Source: an uncultured Chloroflexia bacterium
GTDB taxonomy: Bacteria > Chloroflexota > UBA6077 > CF-72
DNA length: 64,000 nucleotides
Direction: 5' to 3'
NCBI GenBank assembly: GCA_963776625.1
Contig: CAVZNP010000014.1
Location: 123,280 to 187,279, forward strand
Below are positions 1-9,325 of this stretch, in pieces (within the stretch, counting starts at the first letter, position 1; the number at the start of each line of letters is the position of its first letter). The notes under the pieces were generated by a model. It ran no database searches and was not told the DNA's origin. It was given only the letters and a program-made list of their open reading frames with translations. Both the position numbers and the translations under genes were made by a program.

Positions 1-1
1 C

Positions 2-271
2 GTGCGCGAGCTACGCCTCACCGACGATCGTCGCGCGACGGCTCGCCAGTTGCTGCACGATTGGGCTAGCACGCCACAGCGCCATGCCAACGTCGAACAG
101 CTGACAGAGGACGACGTCCTCGAGTCGCCGTACATTGCCATCGGCAGCGTCGAGGAGATCGTTGAGCAACTCGAGGTCTCGCGCGCACGCTGGGGCTTTG
201 CCTATCTCGAAGTCAGCAGCAGCGACGCCGAGACTGTGGCGCCGGTGATGCAGCGCTTGAACGGGCGTTAG
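2..271 (+). CDS. C-terminal part of an LLM-class (probably F420-dependent) oxidoreductase, truncated by the window start
   Basis: ESPYIAIGSVEEIVEQL..RARWGFAY..APVMQRL matches the typical C-terminus of LLM F420-dependent oxidoreductases. Confidence 0.7.
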   Translation: MRELRLTDDRRATARQLLHDWASTPQRHANVEQLTEDDVLESPYIAIGSVEEIVEQLEVSRARWGFAYLEVSSSDAETVAPVMQRLNGR

Positions 272-396
272 CCTTCTCTGCTCAACGGTTGTGTAACTGT
301 TCGTTCAACACCGCCTCAACGTCGGTCGGCTTTAACCGTGGACGAGTCCAGAGTCCCAACCCTGGCGCCCGACTGAAATTGGAGGCATCCCCCTAT

Positions 397-1527
397 ATGC
401 GAACCACGCCCTGGCCCGTGCTGGCTGGGATTAGCCTTGCGTTGCTCGCGGCGACCGCCGCGTCGGCGGAGGGTCTACCCAGCACTGCAGCGATCGGCAA
501 CGGTGTTCTGGCGATGGGCGTGAGTTCGGATGGTGGATTGGCGCAGGGCGGACTCGGAGTCAAATTCGCGGCGACGGGCACGGATGGTCTGCCCGCGGCG
601 TGCGCGTGCGACGCCAGTCTGTCGGTGGGCTCGACCATGCTCAGCGAGTCGGTCGAGTCCTTCACGATTACGCCAACGAGCGCGACGTCGAGTGTGCTCG
701 CCACGGATGCGGCAGGTGGCACGCGGCTGCGGATGACGCAGGATTTTCATCCGTCGTTGGTGGCGCCGAACCTGTACGAGGTGGTGGTCACCGTTGAGAA
801 CCTCGGCACGAGCGCGGTGCAGGCCACGTACGCGCGCGGGGTGACGTGGCTCACGCCGACGCAGCAGTATGCCGTGCCGCTGCAGACGATCGCGCCCGGC
901 GGCTCGGAGGAGTTTCGCCTGTACTTCGGGGCGGGGACGAGTGTGCTGGATGCGACGAGTGGCTTTGGCGCGGAGGGGGCCTCGGTGGTGGCGATGCTGC
1001 CTGGGGCGACGACGTTTGCGTTTGGCTACGCGGCTGGGGAGACGCCGAGTGGTGGCTCCGCGGGCAACGGCCCCACGGGCGGCGGCGGCGCTCCGAGCAG
1101 TAACGCGGGTCCTGTCGACCCCGGCACGCAGCCCCAGACGGGCGGACCGTCCACGACGGCGAGTGGCCCCACCGATAACGGCGTGCCGCCGACGGGCAGT
1201 GGCCCCACGGACGGTGACGCTCCAACGAACAGCGCGGGTCCTGTCAATACGGGAAACCCAGCTGGGACCAGCGGTCCGTCCACGGGCAGTGGCCCGGCAA
1301 GCAACAACGCGCCTCCGCCAACCGGTGACGCGTCGAAAGACAGTGGCGCTCCCGCGCTCAACCTCGACCCGCCGTCTCTGACGACCGACTCGCTCCTCGG
1401 CTTCCAGCCCGCCGCAACGCCTGAGCTCGACTCGCTCACTCTGATGGCCAGCGGCCTCGGCGGTTTCGGCATTTACGCCCTCGCCCGCTCGCGCACGCGC
1501 TCGCGTAAACGCGGTAAGCGCCGCTAA
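397..1527 (+). CDS. Secreted/surface protein with S/T/G/P-rich linker and PEP-CTERM-like C-terminal sorting signal
   Basis: GGAGG precedes ATG 397. Signal peptide, domain with CACD and FHPS..PNLYEVVVTVEN, low-complexity linker, then TPELDS + hydrophobic helix + Arg/Lys tail. Confidence 0.75.
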   Translation: MRTTPWPVLAGISLALLAATAASAEGLPSTAAIGNGVLAMGVSSDGGLAQGGLGVKFAATGTDGLPAACACDASLSVGSTMLSESVESFTITPTSATSSVLATDAAGGTRLRMTQDFHPSLVAPNLYEVVVTVENLGTSAVQATYARGVTWLTPTQQYAVPLQTIAPGGSEEFRLYFGAGTSVLDATSGFGAEGASVVAMLPGATTFAFGYAAGETPSGGSAGNGPTGGGGAPSSNAGPVDPGTQPQTGGPSTTASGPTDNGVPPTGSGPTDGDAPTNSAGPVNTGNPAGTSGPSTGSGPASNNAPPPTGDASKDSGAPALNLDPPSLTTDSLLGFQPAATPELDSLTLMASGLGGFGIYALARSRTRSRKRGKRR

Positions 1528-2021
1528 AGCGAAACCTGAGCGGCGGCGGCGCTTCGCTGACGACGCTTCTCGAGTCGCTTCGCGCGCGCCGCCATCGCGA
1601 CTGGCCACGCCGCCGACGCGGCCAGCTTTTCATCGCCTCGCCCGCGTTCGGCGGGGTCGCGATCCGTCGGGTCGTAGACGCCCGCGGCCACGGCGCGATC
1701 GACCAAGCGACGATGCAGCGCCCAGAAGCGCGGCCCGTGGGAGCGATAGCGGAGATGCGCCAGCTCGTGCAGCAGCGTGCCCATGATGGCGCCCTCGCGT
1801 CGCCAGCGGGTGCGGTCGCCGTCGGCGGTGCAGCGAATCGCAATCGAGGGCGGGGTCTGGCCGGGGCCGAACGTGCAGCGACCGTAGGCACGGCGCAGCC
1901 GCAGACCAGGCTTCAAGCCGAATTCGCGTGGCAGAGACTCGCGGAGCAGGATTGGCTCGAGGCGCTGGCGCAGCTCGTCGAGCAGGGCTACCTGCGCTGC
2001 CGCTGAAGGAGGCGTCTCCAA
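1524..2021 (-). CDS. Zinc metallopeptidase-like protein (WLM/SprT/M48-like)
   Basis: TLLHELAHL..HGPRFW is an HExxH motif with a downstream His. Confidence 0.7.
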   Translation of the reverse strand: METPPSAAAQVALLDELRQRLEPILLRESLPREFGLKPGLRLRRAYGRCTFGPGQTPPSIAIRCTADGDRTRWRREGAIMGTLLHELAHLRYRSHGPRFWALHRRLVDRAVAAGVYDPTDRDPAERGRGDEKLAASAAWPVAMAARAKRLEKRRQRSAAAAQVSL

Positions 2022-2280
2022 CCTGGCCAGCTTAGCAACCGGGGAGTCACGCGCGGCGTTGATAGGCTCCGCCGCTGGACGGGGGAGACCCGCTCGGCCG
2101 CGCTACAGGGTGGACAGTGCGTGCCTCTGCGCAGTCGCGCCCTGAAAACGCGACGAGTCCGTAGTTACGGTTCGACACCTCGCAACTTGACCTTTTGTGA
2201 GGTCTTCCGCAACGAATCGATACTCGGCGGATACACGAGCCGCAGCGGGCCGGGCCGGCGGCTGGTACTCTGGCGGGTGA

Positions 2281-2370
2281 GTGCCGATAGTCCTCTTAAT
2301 CCTGATCCTCTTCAGTGGCCTCGCCCTTATCCTCGTGGTACCCGCAATCAAGGGAATGTTCTTCAGATAA
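2281..2370 (+). CDS. Putative 29-aa single-pass membrane peptide
   Basis: GTG..TAA ORF MPIVLLILILFSGLALILVVPAIKGMFFR is strongly hydrophobic and ends 15 nt before clpP. Below the ORF-track length cutoff. Confidence 0.45.
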   Translation: MPIVLLILILFSGLALILVVPAIKGMFFR

Positions 2371-2385
2371 GGACGGACGATTGCC

Positions 2386-3069
2386 ATGCGCCTCACAAAT
2401 TATTCCGTGCCGATGGTTGTCGAGCAGACGAGCCGCGGTGAACGCGGCTACGACATCTTCTCGCTGCTGCTCAAGAACCGTATTGTCTTTCTGGGGACGC
2501 CGATTGACGACGTGGTCGCCAATCTGATCGTGGCCCAGCTGCTGTACCTGGCACAGGAAGATCCGGATCGCGAGATCCAGATGTACATCAATAGCCCAGG
2601 CGGCCAGGTGGACGCCGGCCTGGCGATCTACGACACGATGCACCTGATCCAACCCCAGGTTGCGACCACGTGTATCGGTATGGCGGCGAGTATGGGCGCC
2701 GTGCTCCTGGGCGGCGGCGCCAAGGGCAAGCGCTCGGCACTGCCAAACTCGCGCATCCTGATCCACCAGACCTCAGCTGGTTTCCAGGGCACGGCCGCGG
2801 ACATCGAAGTCCAGGCTCGCGAGATCATTCGCATGAATGCGCGCCTGCAGGAGATGATGGCCGCGGATACCGGTCAGTCAGTCGAACGCATCGCCGGGGA
2901 CATCAACCGCGATTACTGGATGAGCGCGTCGGAAGCGATGCACTACGGCGTCATCGACATGATCGTCGGTCAGACCGAGGCAACCGCGGCTGCCGACCGT
3001 GCCGAAGCCCAGGTCCAGGTCGCCGCGACGGAGGGCGCCGCGAGCTCCTCGAGTAACGGCAAGAAGTAA
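2386..3069 (+). CDS. clpP: ATP-dependent Clp protease proteolytic subunit
   Basis: [36 protein letters not shown] (catalytic Ser), ILIHQ (His), RDYWMSA. Confidence 0.97.
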   Translation: MRLTNYSVPMVVEQTSRGERGYDIFSLLLKNRIVFLGTPIDDVVANLIVAQLLYLAQEDPDREIQMYINSPGGQVDAGLAIYDTMHLIQPQVATTCIGMAASMGAVLLGGGAKGKRSALPNSRILIHQTSAGFQGTAADIEVQAREIIRMNARLQEMMAADTGQSVERIAGDINRDYWMSASEAMHYGVIDMIVGQTEATAAADRAEAQVQVAATEGAASSSSNGKK

Positions 3070-3125
3070 GAACGCCAGAACGCCACCAGGCCATCACGTA
3101 AGCAGGAAACGGGCACTTGCCCGAG

Positions 3126-3158
3126 GGGACCCATCGGGAGGATGTCCCGGTGGGTCCC
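3126..3158. terminator. Hairpin between convergent clpP and infC, probable terminator
   Basis: GGGACCCATCGGGA (3126-3139) pairs with TCCCGGTGGGTCCC (3145-3158), one imperfect pair; short T-run at about 3163. Confidence 0.55.
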
Positions 3159-3217
3159 GCCGTTTTCGGAACACCCCGCCGCGCGAATCGCGTGACGCTG
3201 TCCGAGCGGCAAGGCTG

Positions 3218-4042
3218 CTATCTGAGCGGTAGGCCTACGCCGGGGGTCTGGCGCTCGCCGTTGCTGCCTGCAGCGGGTGGCGTGGCCGGCGACGGATTGG
3301 CTGGTGCGGCCGGTCGGCTCGCTGGTGCAGGTCTGGGGGCAGGCCCCGGCGCGGAACCGTTCGAACCGTTGGAACCGTTGGCTGATGCAGCGCTGGCCGC
3401 TGGCGGAGCCGTGGTCCTGGCCGCTGCTGTACGTGTGGCTGCTGCCGGCGCGACCGGTGCCGAGGCACGGTTGGCGACCGGTGCAGCCTCGTCGGTCTTG
3501 CTTCGCCCACGCGCCAGGATGGCGAACATGGAGCGCCCCTCGAGCGATGGTGACCGCTCGACGATCGCGATGTCGGCAACACCCGCCGCGATGCGCGAAA
3601 TCTGCTCGCGAGCAACCTCTGGGTGTGTGGCTTCCCTCCCGCGGAAGCGCACCTCGACTTTGACTTTATGACCCTCCTCGAGGAATCGCCGCGCCGCGCG
3701 AACGCGGACCTGCAGGTCGTGGTCATCCGTCCGCGGCCGCAGCCGCACCTCCTTGACCTCCGACACGTGCTGGTTCTTCTTCGAGTCCCGCGCGCGCTTG
3801 TCCTGTTCGAACTTGAATTTGCCGAGATCGGCAATACGACACACGGGTGGATCTGCCGCCGCGGCGACTTCGATCAGATCCAGACCGACCTCTTCGGCGC
3901 GTCGAATTGCGTCCTCGAGTGACATGACGCCAACCTGCTGGCCATCGGCATCCAGAAGTCGAACCTGCGCGGCTCGAATCTGGTGGTTCGTTCGCGGCCC
4001 GGTTGGCGTCGGTGGTCGCGCGATGAATGGTGGACGAGGAAT
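3218..4042 (-). CDS. infC: Translation initiation factor IF-3, ATT start, long Ala/Pro-rich C-terminal tail
   Basis: Reading upstream of the ORF-track start gives RTNHQIRAAQVRLLDADGQQVGVM. An in-frame ATT at 4042 lies 8 nt after AGGAGA. Motifs PPVCRIADLGKFKF, KEVRLRP, KVKVEVRFRGRE. Confidence 0.93.
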   Translation of the reverse strand: MPRPPFIARPPTPTGPRTNHQIRAAQVRLLDADGQQVGVMSLEDAIRRAEEVGLDLIEVAAAADPPVCRIADLGKFKFEQDKRARDSKKNQHVSEVKEVRLRPRTDDHDLQVRVRAARRFLEEGHKVKVEVRFRGREATHPEVAREQISRIAAGVADIAIVERSPSLEGRSMFAILARGRSKTDEAAPVANRASAPVAPAAATRTAAARTTAPPAASAASANGSNGSNGSAPGPAPRPAPASRPAAPANPSPATPPAAGSNGERQTPGVGLPLR

Positions 4043-4271
4043 CTGCGTTCTCTCCTGGTTCGACTGGGTTGTTCAGTGAAATGTAAAGCTTCCTGTCGCG
4101 GACTGCATATCGCCGGCGAACGTTTAATCCCTCGACTTTGATGAGGACTTTCACCCTTATCACGCGTCTAACCGTGAATTGCGGCTCAGTTAACACGCGT
4201 GCGCGAGACTTTAGAAGTACGGTCGCGCCCCATGAACGGTGCGCGACCGAGAACTCGAGGTCTTCGCACAC

Positions 4272-5783
4272 ATGCTTCCCGACAACCAGTCTCAATGGCC
4301 TGAGACACCTCGGCCGACAGCCCAGCCGGCGCGGAAGCGCGGCCAGCGCGGCGCGGGCATCGCCGCCACCGTCGCGGGTGTCGCACTCTTCGGCGTTCTG
4401 GTCGGCGTTGGCGCCGATCGCTGGGCCATCACCACATTCCCACACACGCCATTGGGGGTCAGCCTGCCAACGGTGACTACCGGGCCGCGCACCGGCCCCA
4501 TCGCCGCGCCCAACGGCGATACGACGGCGCAGGCGGCGCCAACAGCAGCGCCCACGCCAACCGATCCGACCCAGCAGGCGATCGAGCAGGTCGTCCAACA
4601 GGGTGACAACGAGCAGGCGCAGGCGTTCGAAAGCAACGATCCGACCGTCATGCAGGACACGTCGACCTCCGACTTCTACCAGTCGCAGGTGTCGGCCAAT
4701 CAAGACCTGCAGTCGAACGGGGTGACCGACATCAAGCTGCTCGGCATCGACTGGGGTGATATCAGCGTCAACGGCAGCACGGCCACGGCGACGGCGTTCG
4801 AAACGTGGACGACGACGTACTCGGATGGAACGACCGAGCAGTCGCGCGATCGCAACGTGTACACGCTGGTACAGCAGAACGGCAACTGGGTCGTCTCGGC
4901 CGACGATCATCCGGATGACGACGTCGCCAGCAGCGGCCCCGGTGGCCAGGGTCAGGGCCAGGGTCAGGGTCAAGGTCAGGGCCAGGGCAGCGGCTCTCCG
5001 AGCGGTCGACGCGGTCAGGGTGGTGGCCAGGGCCAGGGCCAGGGCAGCGGCTTCCCCGGCGGGCGCGGCACCGGCAACCCCGGCAGCGGCAACCCGGGCA
5101 GCGGCAACCCCGGCACTGGAAGCCCCGGCGCCATTCCCCAGCCCCGTGTGCCAAGTCAGGATGTTTCGTCCAACTGGTCAGGCTATGCCGCCACCGGCGG
5201 CACCTACACCGCCGTCAATGGCACCTGGAGCGTCCCGCAGTTCGCTCCCGACTCCCCCGCCGGCGCGGACGCCACCTGGGTTGGTATCGGCGGCGTCAAC
5301 ACGCGCGACCTGATTCAGGCGGGTACGCAGCAGACCGTCTCGGGTAACGGGACGACGCAGTACCAGGCGTGGGTCGAGACCCTGCCCCAGGCATCGCACC
5401 CGGTGCCGCTCACGGTCAATCCTGGCGACTCCGTCAGCATCGCGATCAACCAGTCGCCTCAGGCCCAGAACGAATGGCAGGTGTCGTTCACCAACAACAC
5501 CACCGGGCAGACCTACCAGGTCACCGAGAATTACCAGTCGTCAATGTCCTCGGCCGAGTGGATCGAGGAGGCGCCCAGCGCGGCGCGCGGTCGGCAGATT
5601 CCGCTGGATAACTTCGGCACGATCAACTTCAGCCAGGGCTCGACCGTCAATAACGGGCAGACTGTGGACATCGCCGACGCTGGCGCCAAGCCCATCACCA
5701 TGGTGGCGCGGGCGAGCCGCCAGACGGCCAAGCCGTCCAGCCTGGGGTCGGACGGGGCGAGCTTCAGCGTCACCCAGAGCTAA
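4272..5783 (+). CDS. Membrane-anchored G1 family glutamic peptidase with N-terminal NTF2/IMS-like domain and GQ-repeat linker
   Basis: SSNWSGY, WVGIGG, LIQAGT, AWVE and SAEWIEEAP are G1 (eqolisin) motifs. N-terminal TM helix. Confidence 0.85.
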   Translation: MLPDNQSQWPETPRPTAQPARKRGQRGAGIAATVAGVALFGVLVGVGADRWAITTFPHTPLGVSLPTVTTGPRTGPIAAPNGDTTAQAAPTAAPTPTDPTQQAIEQVVQQGDNEQAQAFESNDPTVMQDTSTSDFYQSQVSANQDLQSNGVTDIKLLGIDWGDISVNGSTATATAFETWTTTYSDGTTEQSRDRNVYTLVQQNGNWVVSADDHPDDDVASSGPGGQGQGQGQGQGQGQGSGSPSGRRGQGGGQGQGQGSGFPGGRGTGNPGSGNPGSGNPGTGSPGAIPQPRVPSQDVSSNWSGYAATGGTYTAVNGTWSVPQFAPDSPAGADATWVGIGGVNTRDLIQAGTQQTVSGNGTTQYQAWVETLPQASHPVPLTVNPGDSVSIAINQSPQAQNEWQVSFTNNTTGQTYQVTENYQSSMSSAEWIEEAPSAARGRQIPLDNFGTINFSQGSTVNNGQTVDIADAGAKPITMVARASRQTAKPSSLGSDGASFSVTQS

Positions 5784-5851
5784 GCGCTCGTGGGCGTCCG
5801 CGGCGGTCACTGATTGTCCGCGGACGATCCCCGCGTCTGGCCTCGCGGAGA

Positions 5852-7603
5852 ATGGCTCGGTGGGCCACATGGCCCGCCAGGTCGTCATGCGCTCGAGACG
5901 CCAAAAACCTTGCGCTGAAGAGGTCCCCTCCCGGATCATGGCGGGCGGTGAGTGCCGGCAACGCGTGGCGAGCGACTGCGCTCGCGGCCAGGCCGGTCGA
6001 GGTCCAGCCCGAGCCACGCGCTGGCGTGTTCGGGCTGATCCGTGACCGTCGGGTCGCCGCCATCCTGAGCATCCTGGCCGTCGTCGCCGTTGGCGCCTTC
6101 GCCAAGTTTCCTGAGACCGTCCTGCCCATCGGCTCGGACACGGGCATGTTCGCCACCTACGCGCGGATGATGCTGCACGGCGAGCAGCCCTACGTCGCCT
6201 TCTACGACATCCACCCGCCGCTGACCCACTATTACTGGGTTCTGGTCGAGGCGCTCGCGGGAACTGACTGGACGCGGACCTGCGTCGGCGCCTGGGGCAC
6301 GCTCGTGGCCCCGCAGCCGTGCATCAGCTTGCTCGCGCATGCGTTCGATCTGGCGCTGACGTGCATCGCCGCGGGGTTGGTCTACGCGATTGCCCGCCGC
6401 CTCGAGCTGAGGCCACTCGTCGGCGTGTTCGCCGCCCTGCTGGTGGTGTGGTTCGCCAACGAGTCGATGATCAGTATGGAGGGCAGCACGCCGAGCAAGC
6501 TGACGCTGGTCCCCTGCACACTCGCGGTGTACGCCTACGTGCGGGCGCTGCCAGACGGTCGATTTGGCTGGGCCGTGCTAGCCGGCGCTGCGGCGATGCT
6601 CGGCGTGCTGGTCAAACAGCCAGCGCTGGTCACGCTGGCGGCATTGGTGGCGTACGCGCTGCCAGGTGTGTTCCGTCGCGAGGCGGCAGCCGGACGGGTA
6701 ATGTTCGGGCTTGCACTCGGGGTCGTGGTCGTGCTGGCCCCGGTGGTCGTGTACTTCGCGGCGATTGGCGCACTGGGCGGGTTCGTGGACCAGCCGTGGA
6801 TCTACAACGTTGAGCGTTTCGTGGACGGCTACTGGCAGACGCCAGCGGGTCTGACGTCCCCCGCGACGCGCATCGACCGGGTCGTTGCCGACGCTGGCGG
6901 GCTGCTGTTCGTTGGCGCCGCGCTGGGTGGCCTGGCGCTGTGGCTCGGGCCCGCACGCGCGAACCAACGCCTGCTGCTGGTGTGGGGGCTGTTCAGTCTG
7001 GTGGCGATCGCTGGCTTCCGCGAGTTTGCGCAGGTGGTCGCGGCGCTGGCGTTGCTGGCGGCTCTGGGTATCGGTCGAGTGTGGGACGACGCCGGCCGCG
7101 ACGGGCTTGGCCTGGGTCGACCTGTGGCCGGGCGCCTGGCGCTGGTGGGCATCTTCGGCTCGATCTTCCTCTTGACGTCGGGGTTTCAACTCACGGAGGT
7201 GCGCCGGGCGCTCTACGAACGCGGCCCGCGGGGCACGCCGGCGGACCCGGAGGTCGTTGCCGCCTACCTGCGAGATGTTGCGCCGCCTGGACCGCTGTTC
7301 GTGTGGGGCAACGCCGGGCAGGTCTACGCGCTCTCGAACCGTGAGCCAGCGACGCGATTTGTCATTGCCGAGTTCACCAACACGTCGTCGCCGCGAGTCG
7401 TCGAGAGCCGCGAGGAGGTGATGGCTGATCTGCGGGCGAAGCCGCCGTCGGTGATCGTGGTTGATCCGCGAGCTAGTGAGCCCGGGTTGCAGCTCAGCGA
7501 CTATCCGCCGCTGCAGCAGCTCATTCAGAATTGCTACCAGCGCGCGGGCGGGCAGTTGCCGTCGAACTGGGGCGTGTACACGCGCAACGCAACCTGCGGG
7601 TGA
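5852..7603 (+). CDS. Polytopic membrane glycosyltransferase (GT-C / GT39-ArnT-like); true start probably later, e.g. GTG 6026
   Basis: D..MF..YARMMLHGEQPY..FYDIHPP, VKQP and LFVWGN..VY motifs; many TM segments. Confidence 0.7.
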   Translation: MARWATWPARSSCARDAKNLALKRSPPGSWRAVSAGNAWRATALAARPVEVQPEPRAGVFGLIRDRRVAAILSILAVVAVGAFAKFPETVLPIGSDTGMFATYARMMLHGEQPYVAFYDIHPPLTHYYWVLVEALAGTDWTRTCVGAWGTLVAPQPCISLLAHAFDLALTCIAAGLVYAIARRLELRPLVGVFAALLVVWFANESMISMEGSTPSKLTLVPCTLAVYAYVRALPDGRFGWAVLAGAAAMLGVLVKQPALVTLAALVAYALPGVFRREAAAGRVMFGLALGVVVVLAPVVVYFAAIGALGGFVDQPWIYNVERFVDGYWQTPAGLTSPATRIDRVVADAGGLLFVGAALGGLALWLGPARANQRLLLVWGLFSLVAIAGFREFAQVVAALALLAALGIGRVWDDAGRDGLGLGRPVAGRLALVGIFGSIFLLTSGFQLTEVRRALYERGPRGTPADPEVVAAYLRDVAPPGPLFVWGNAGQVYALSNREPATRFVIAEFTNTSSPRVVESREEVMADLRAKPPSVIVVDPRASEPGLQLSDYPPLQQLIQNCYQRAGGQLPSNWGVYTRNATCG

Positions 7604-7661
7604 GGCTCGCGGACGGCGCGCAACCCGTGGTGCTTGTCGGCCGTCTAACCTCTCGGTAACC

Positions 7662-8168
7662 ATGCAGCGCGTGATCGACAATCCCCGCAGCGGCGAGCGG
7701 ATTGTCATCTGCCAGAGCGGCGCCGACACCGACGGCCAACTGCTGGCGTTCGACCTGATCCTGCAGCCTGGCGCCCACGTCCCGGCGCGTCACTCGCATC
7801 CGCGGCAGGAGGAGCGTTTCAGCGTGCAGGCCGGCCGCGTGCGGTTTCGTGTCGGGCGGGAGCTGTTCGTGGCCCAGCCTGGCATGAGTGTCGGCGTGCC
7901 CGCCGGAACCGCGCACTGGTTTGGGAACCCTGGCCCAGACGTCGCCCGGTTGCGCGTGGAGGTGCGTCCCGCCCTGCGCATGGAGGAGCTGCTGGCGACG
8001 AGCGTCGAGCGCTCGACCGCGCGTACGCTCTGGTGGTCGAAGGTCGTCAGTATGGCGCTCATGCCGTTTGACTTCCAGCGCGAGCTCGGGATCCCGTATG
8101 TGCCCACCCGTCTGGTGACGGCCGTGCTGACCCCACTCGCCTGGCTGCGCCCCCTCTTCGGCGTGTGA
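7662..8168 (+). CDS. Cupin domain protein
   Basis: IDNPRSGERI, HSHPRQEERF, VPAGTAHWFGN. Confidence 0.85.
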   Translation: MQRVIDNPRSGERIVICQSGADTDGQLLAFDLILQPGAHVPARHSHPRQEERFSVQAGRVRFRVGRELFVAQPGMSVGVPAGTAHWFGNPGPDVARLRVEVRPALRMEELLATSVERSTARTLWWSKVVSMALMPFDFQRELGIPYVPTRLVTAVLTPLAWLRPLFGV

Positions 8169-9325
8169 GCAGGCGTCTGGCCGCCGCGCTCGTTGCGGCA
8201 GCGCTCGCCCTGCCGCTTCTGTCTGAAGCGCGCATCTCGCGCCCGGTCCGCGCCGCGTCCGATGGCTGGCAGACACTGCCGATCGAGCCCCGTGGGCAGA
8301 CACTGCTCGGCATCAGCTTTCGCTTGCCGCAGGTCGACGCCGCGGGCCTCGAGCCGCGGGCCGCCCTTGGCCGTTTGCTGGCTTACCCGTTTCAGCTAGT
8401 GCGACTCGGCGCGTATTGGAACCGTCTGGAGCCGGCGCCAGGCCAGTTCGTGACCGACGAGCTGGACGCACTGATCGACGCCGCCGAACGCGCGGGAAAG
8501 CAGGTCGTGCTTGGTCTCGGGGCGGTAAAGACGTTCGGCTACCCGGAGTTTTTCGTGCCACCGCACCGTCTGCCCGAGCCAATCCGCGAGGGCGTGCTCG
8601 TGCACGCCGACGACCACGCGTGGCTGCTGCAGCCCGCGCTCGAACACCTCGTCCGCCTGGTGGAGCGCTATCGGCAGCGCGGTTGCATCGTCGCCTGGCA
8701 GATTGAGCATGAATCTGTTGACCCGCTCGGGCTCGAGCATTCGTGGCGCCTAGCCGCCGACTTCGTGAACGCGGAGATTGCCGCTGTCAGGAACGCGGAT
8801 TCGGGAGGTCGACCGATCCTGTTGAACGGGTTTTTGCCTATGTCCATCCCCGTCGCGGCCCAGCAGTGGTGGCGGACGCGGGACCAGGGTGATTCGCTGG
8901 CCTTCGCCGTGGACAACGCCGACATCGTCGGGCTCGACGTGTACCCGCGCCATGGGCTCGTCAGCATCGGGCCGCTGACGGTCTACCTGGACGGTGGTGA
9001 GCGGCCCACCCAACGCCGCCTGCGCGCCGAGGTTTTCAAGCGTGCCACAGCGAGGGGTCGCAGCGTAATGATCTCCGAGGGCCAGGCCGAGCCGTGGGAA
9101 ACGGTCGTGACGCCGCCCGATCCACGCGGCGGCGTCATGTATAGCTGCAGCCCCGAGCAAATGCTGCGCGCCTACAACGCGTGCATGCGCTGGACATCCG
9201 ACCTGTCTGCCTACCTCTTCTGGGGCGCCGAGTACTGGCTGCTGCGTGAGCGCTCGGGTGATGCGAGCTATCTCCGCGCGTTCGCCCGCGTCCTCGATGC
9301 CTCGGGCGTAGCATCAGCAACGTGA
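8165..9325 (+). CDS. Secreted TIM-barrel glycoside hydrolase (clan GH-A, GH42/GH5-like)
   Basis: Signal peptide, VRLGAYWNRLEP, AWQIEHE (acid/base position), GLDVY, ISEGQAEPW (nucleophile position), LFWGAEYW. Confidence 0.65.
   Translation: MSRRLAAALVAAALALPLLSEARISRPVRAASDGWQTLPIEPRGQTLLGISFRLPQVDAAGLEPRAALGRLLAYPFQLVRLGAYWNRLEPAPGQFVTDELDALIDAAERAGKQVVLGLGAVKTFGYPEFFVPPHRLPEPIREGVLVHADDHAWLLQPALEHLVRLVERYRQRGCIVAWQIEHESVDPLGLEHSWRLAADFVNAEIAAVRNADSGGRPILLNGFLPMSIPVAAQQWWRTRDQGDSLAFAVDNADIVGLDVYPRHGLVSIGPLTVYLDGGERPTQRRLRAEVFKRATARGRSVMISEGQAEPWETVVTPPDPRGGVMYSCSPEQMLRAYNACMRWTSDLSAYLFWGAEYWLLRERSGDASYLRAFARVLDASGVASAT

Noticed and set aside
2032-2058. CIRCE-like heat-shock operator upstream of clpP
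   Set aside because: Only TTAGCA matches, and there is no correctly spaced right arm.
2105-2190. tRNA-like sequence (CTGAAAA loop, GGTTCGAC)
   Set aside because: The anticodon and T stems do not pair correctly, the spacing is wrong, and there is no acceptor stem.
4940-5120. GGTCAG/GGCCAG hexamer and 15-bp repeats as an independent element
   Set aside because: They encode the in-frame GQ and NPGSG linker of the peptidase.
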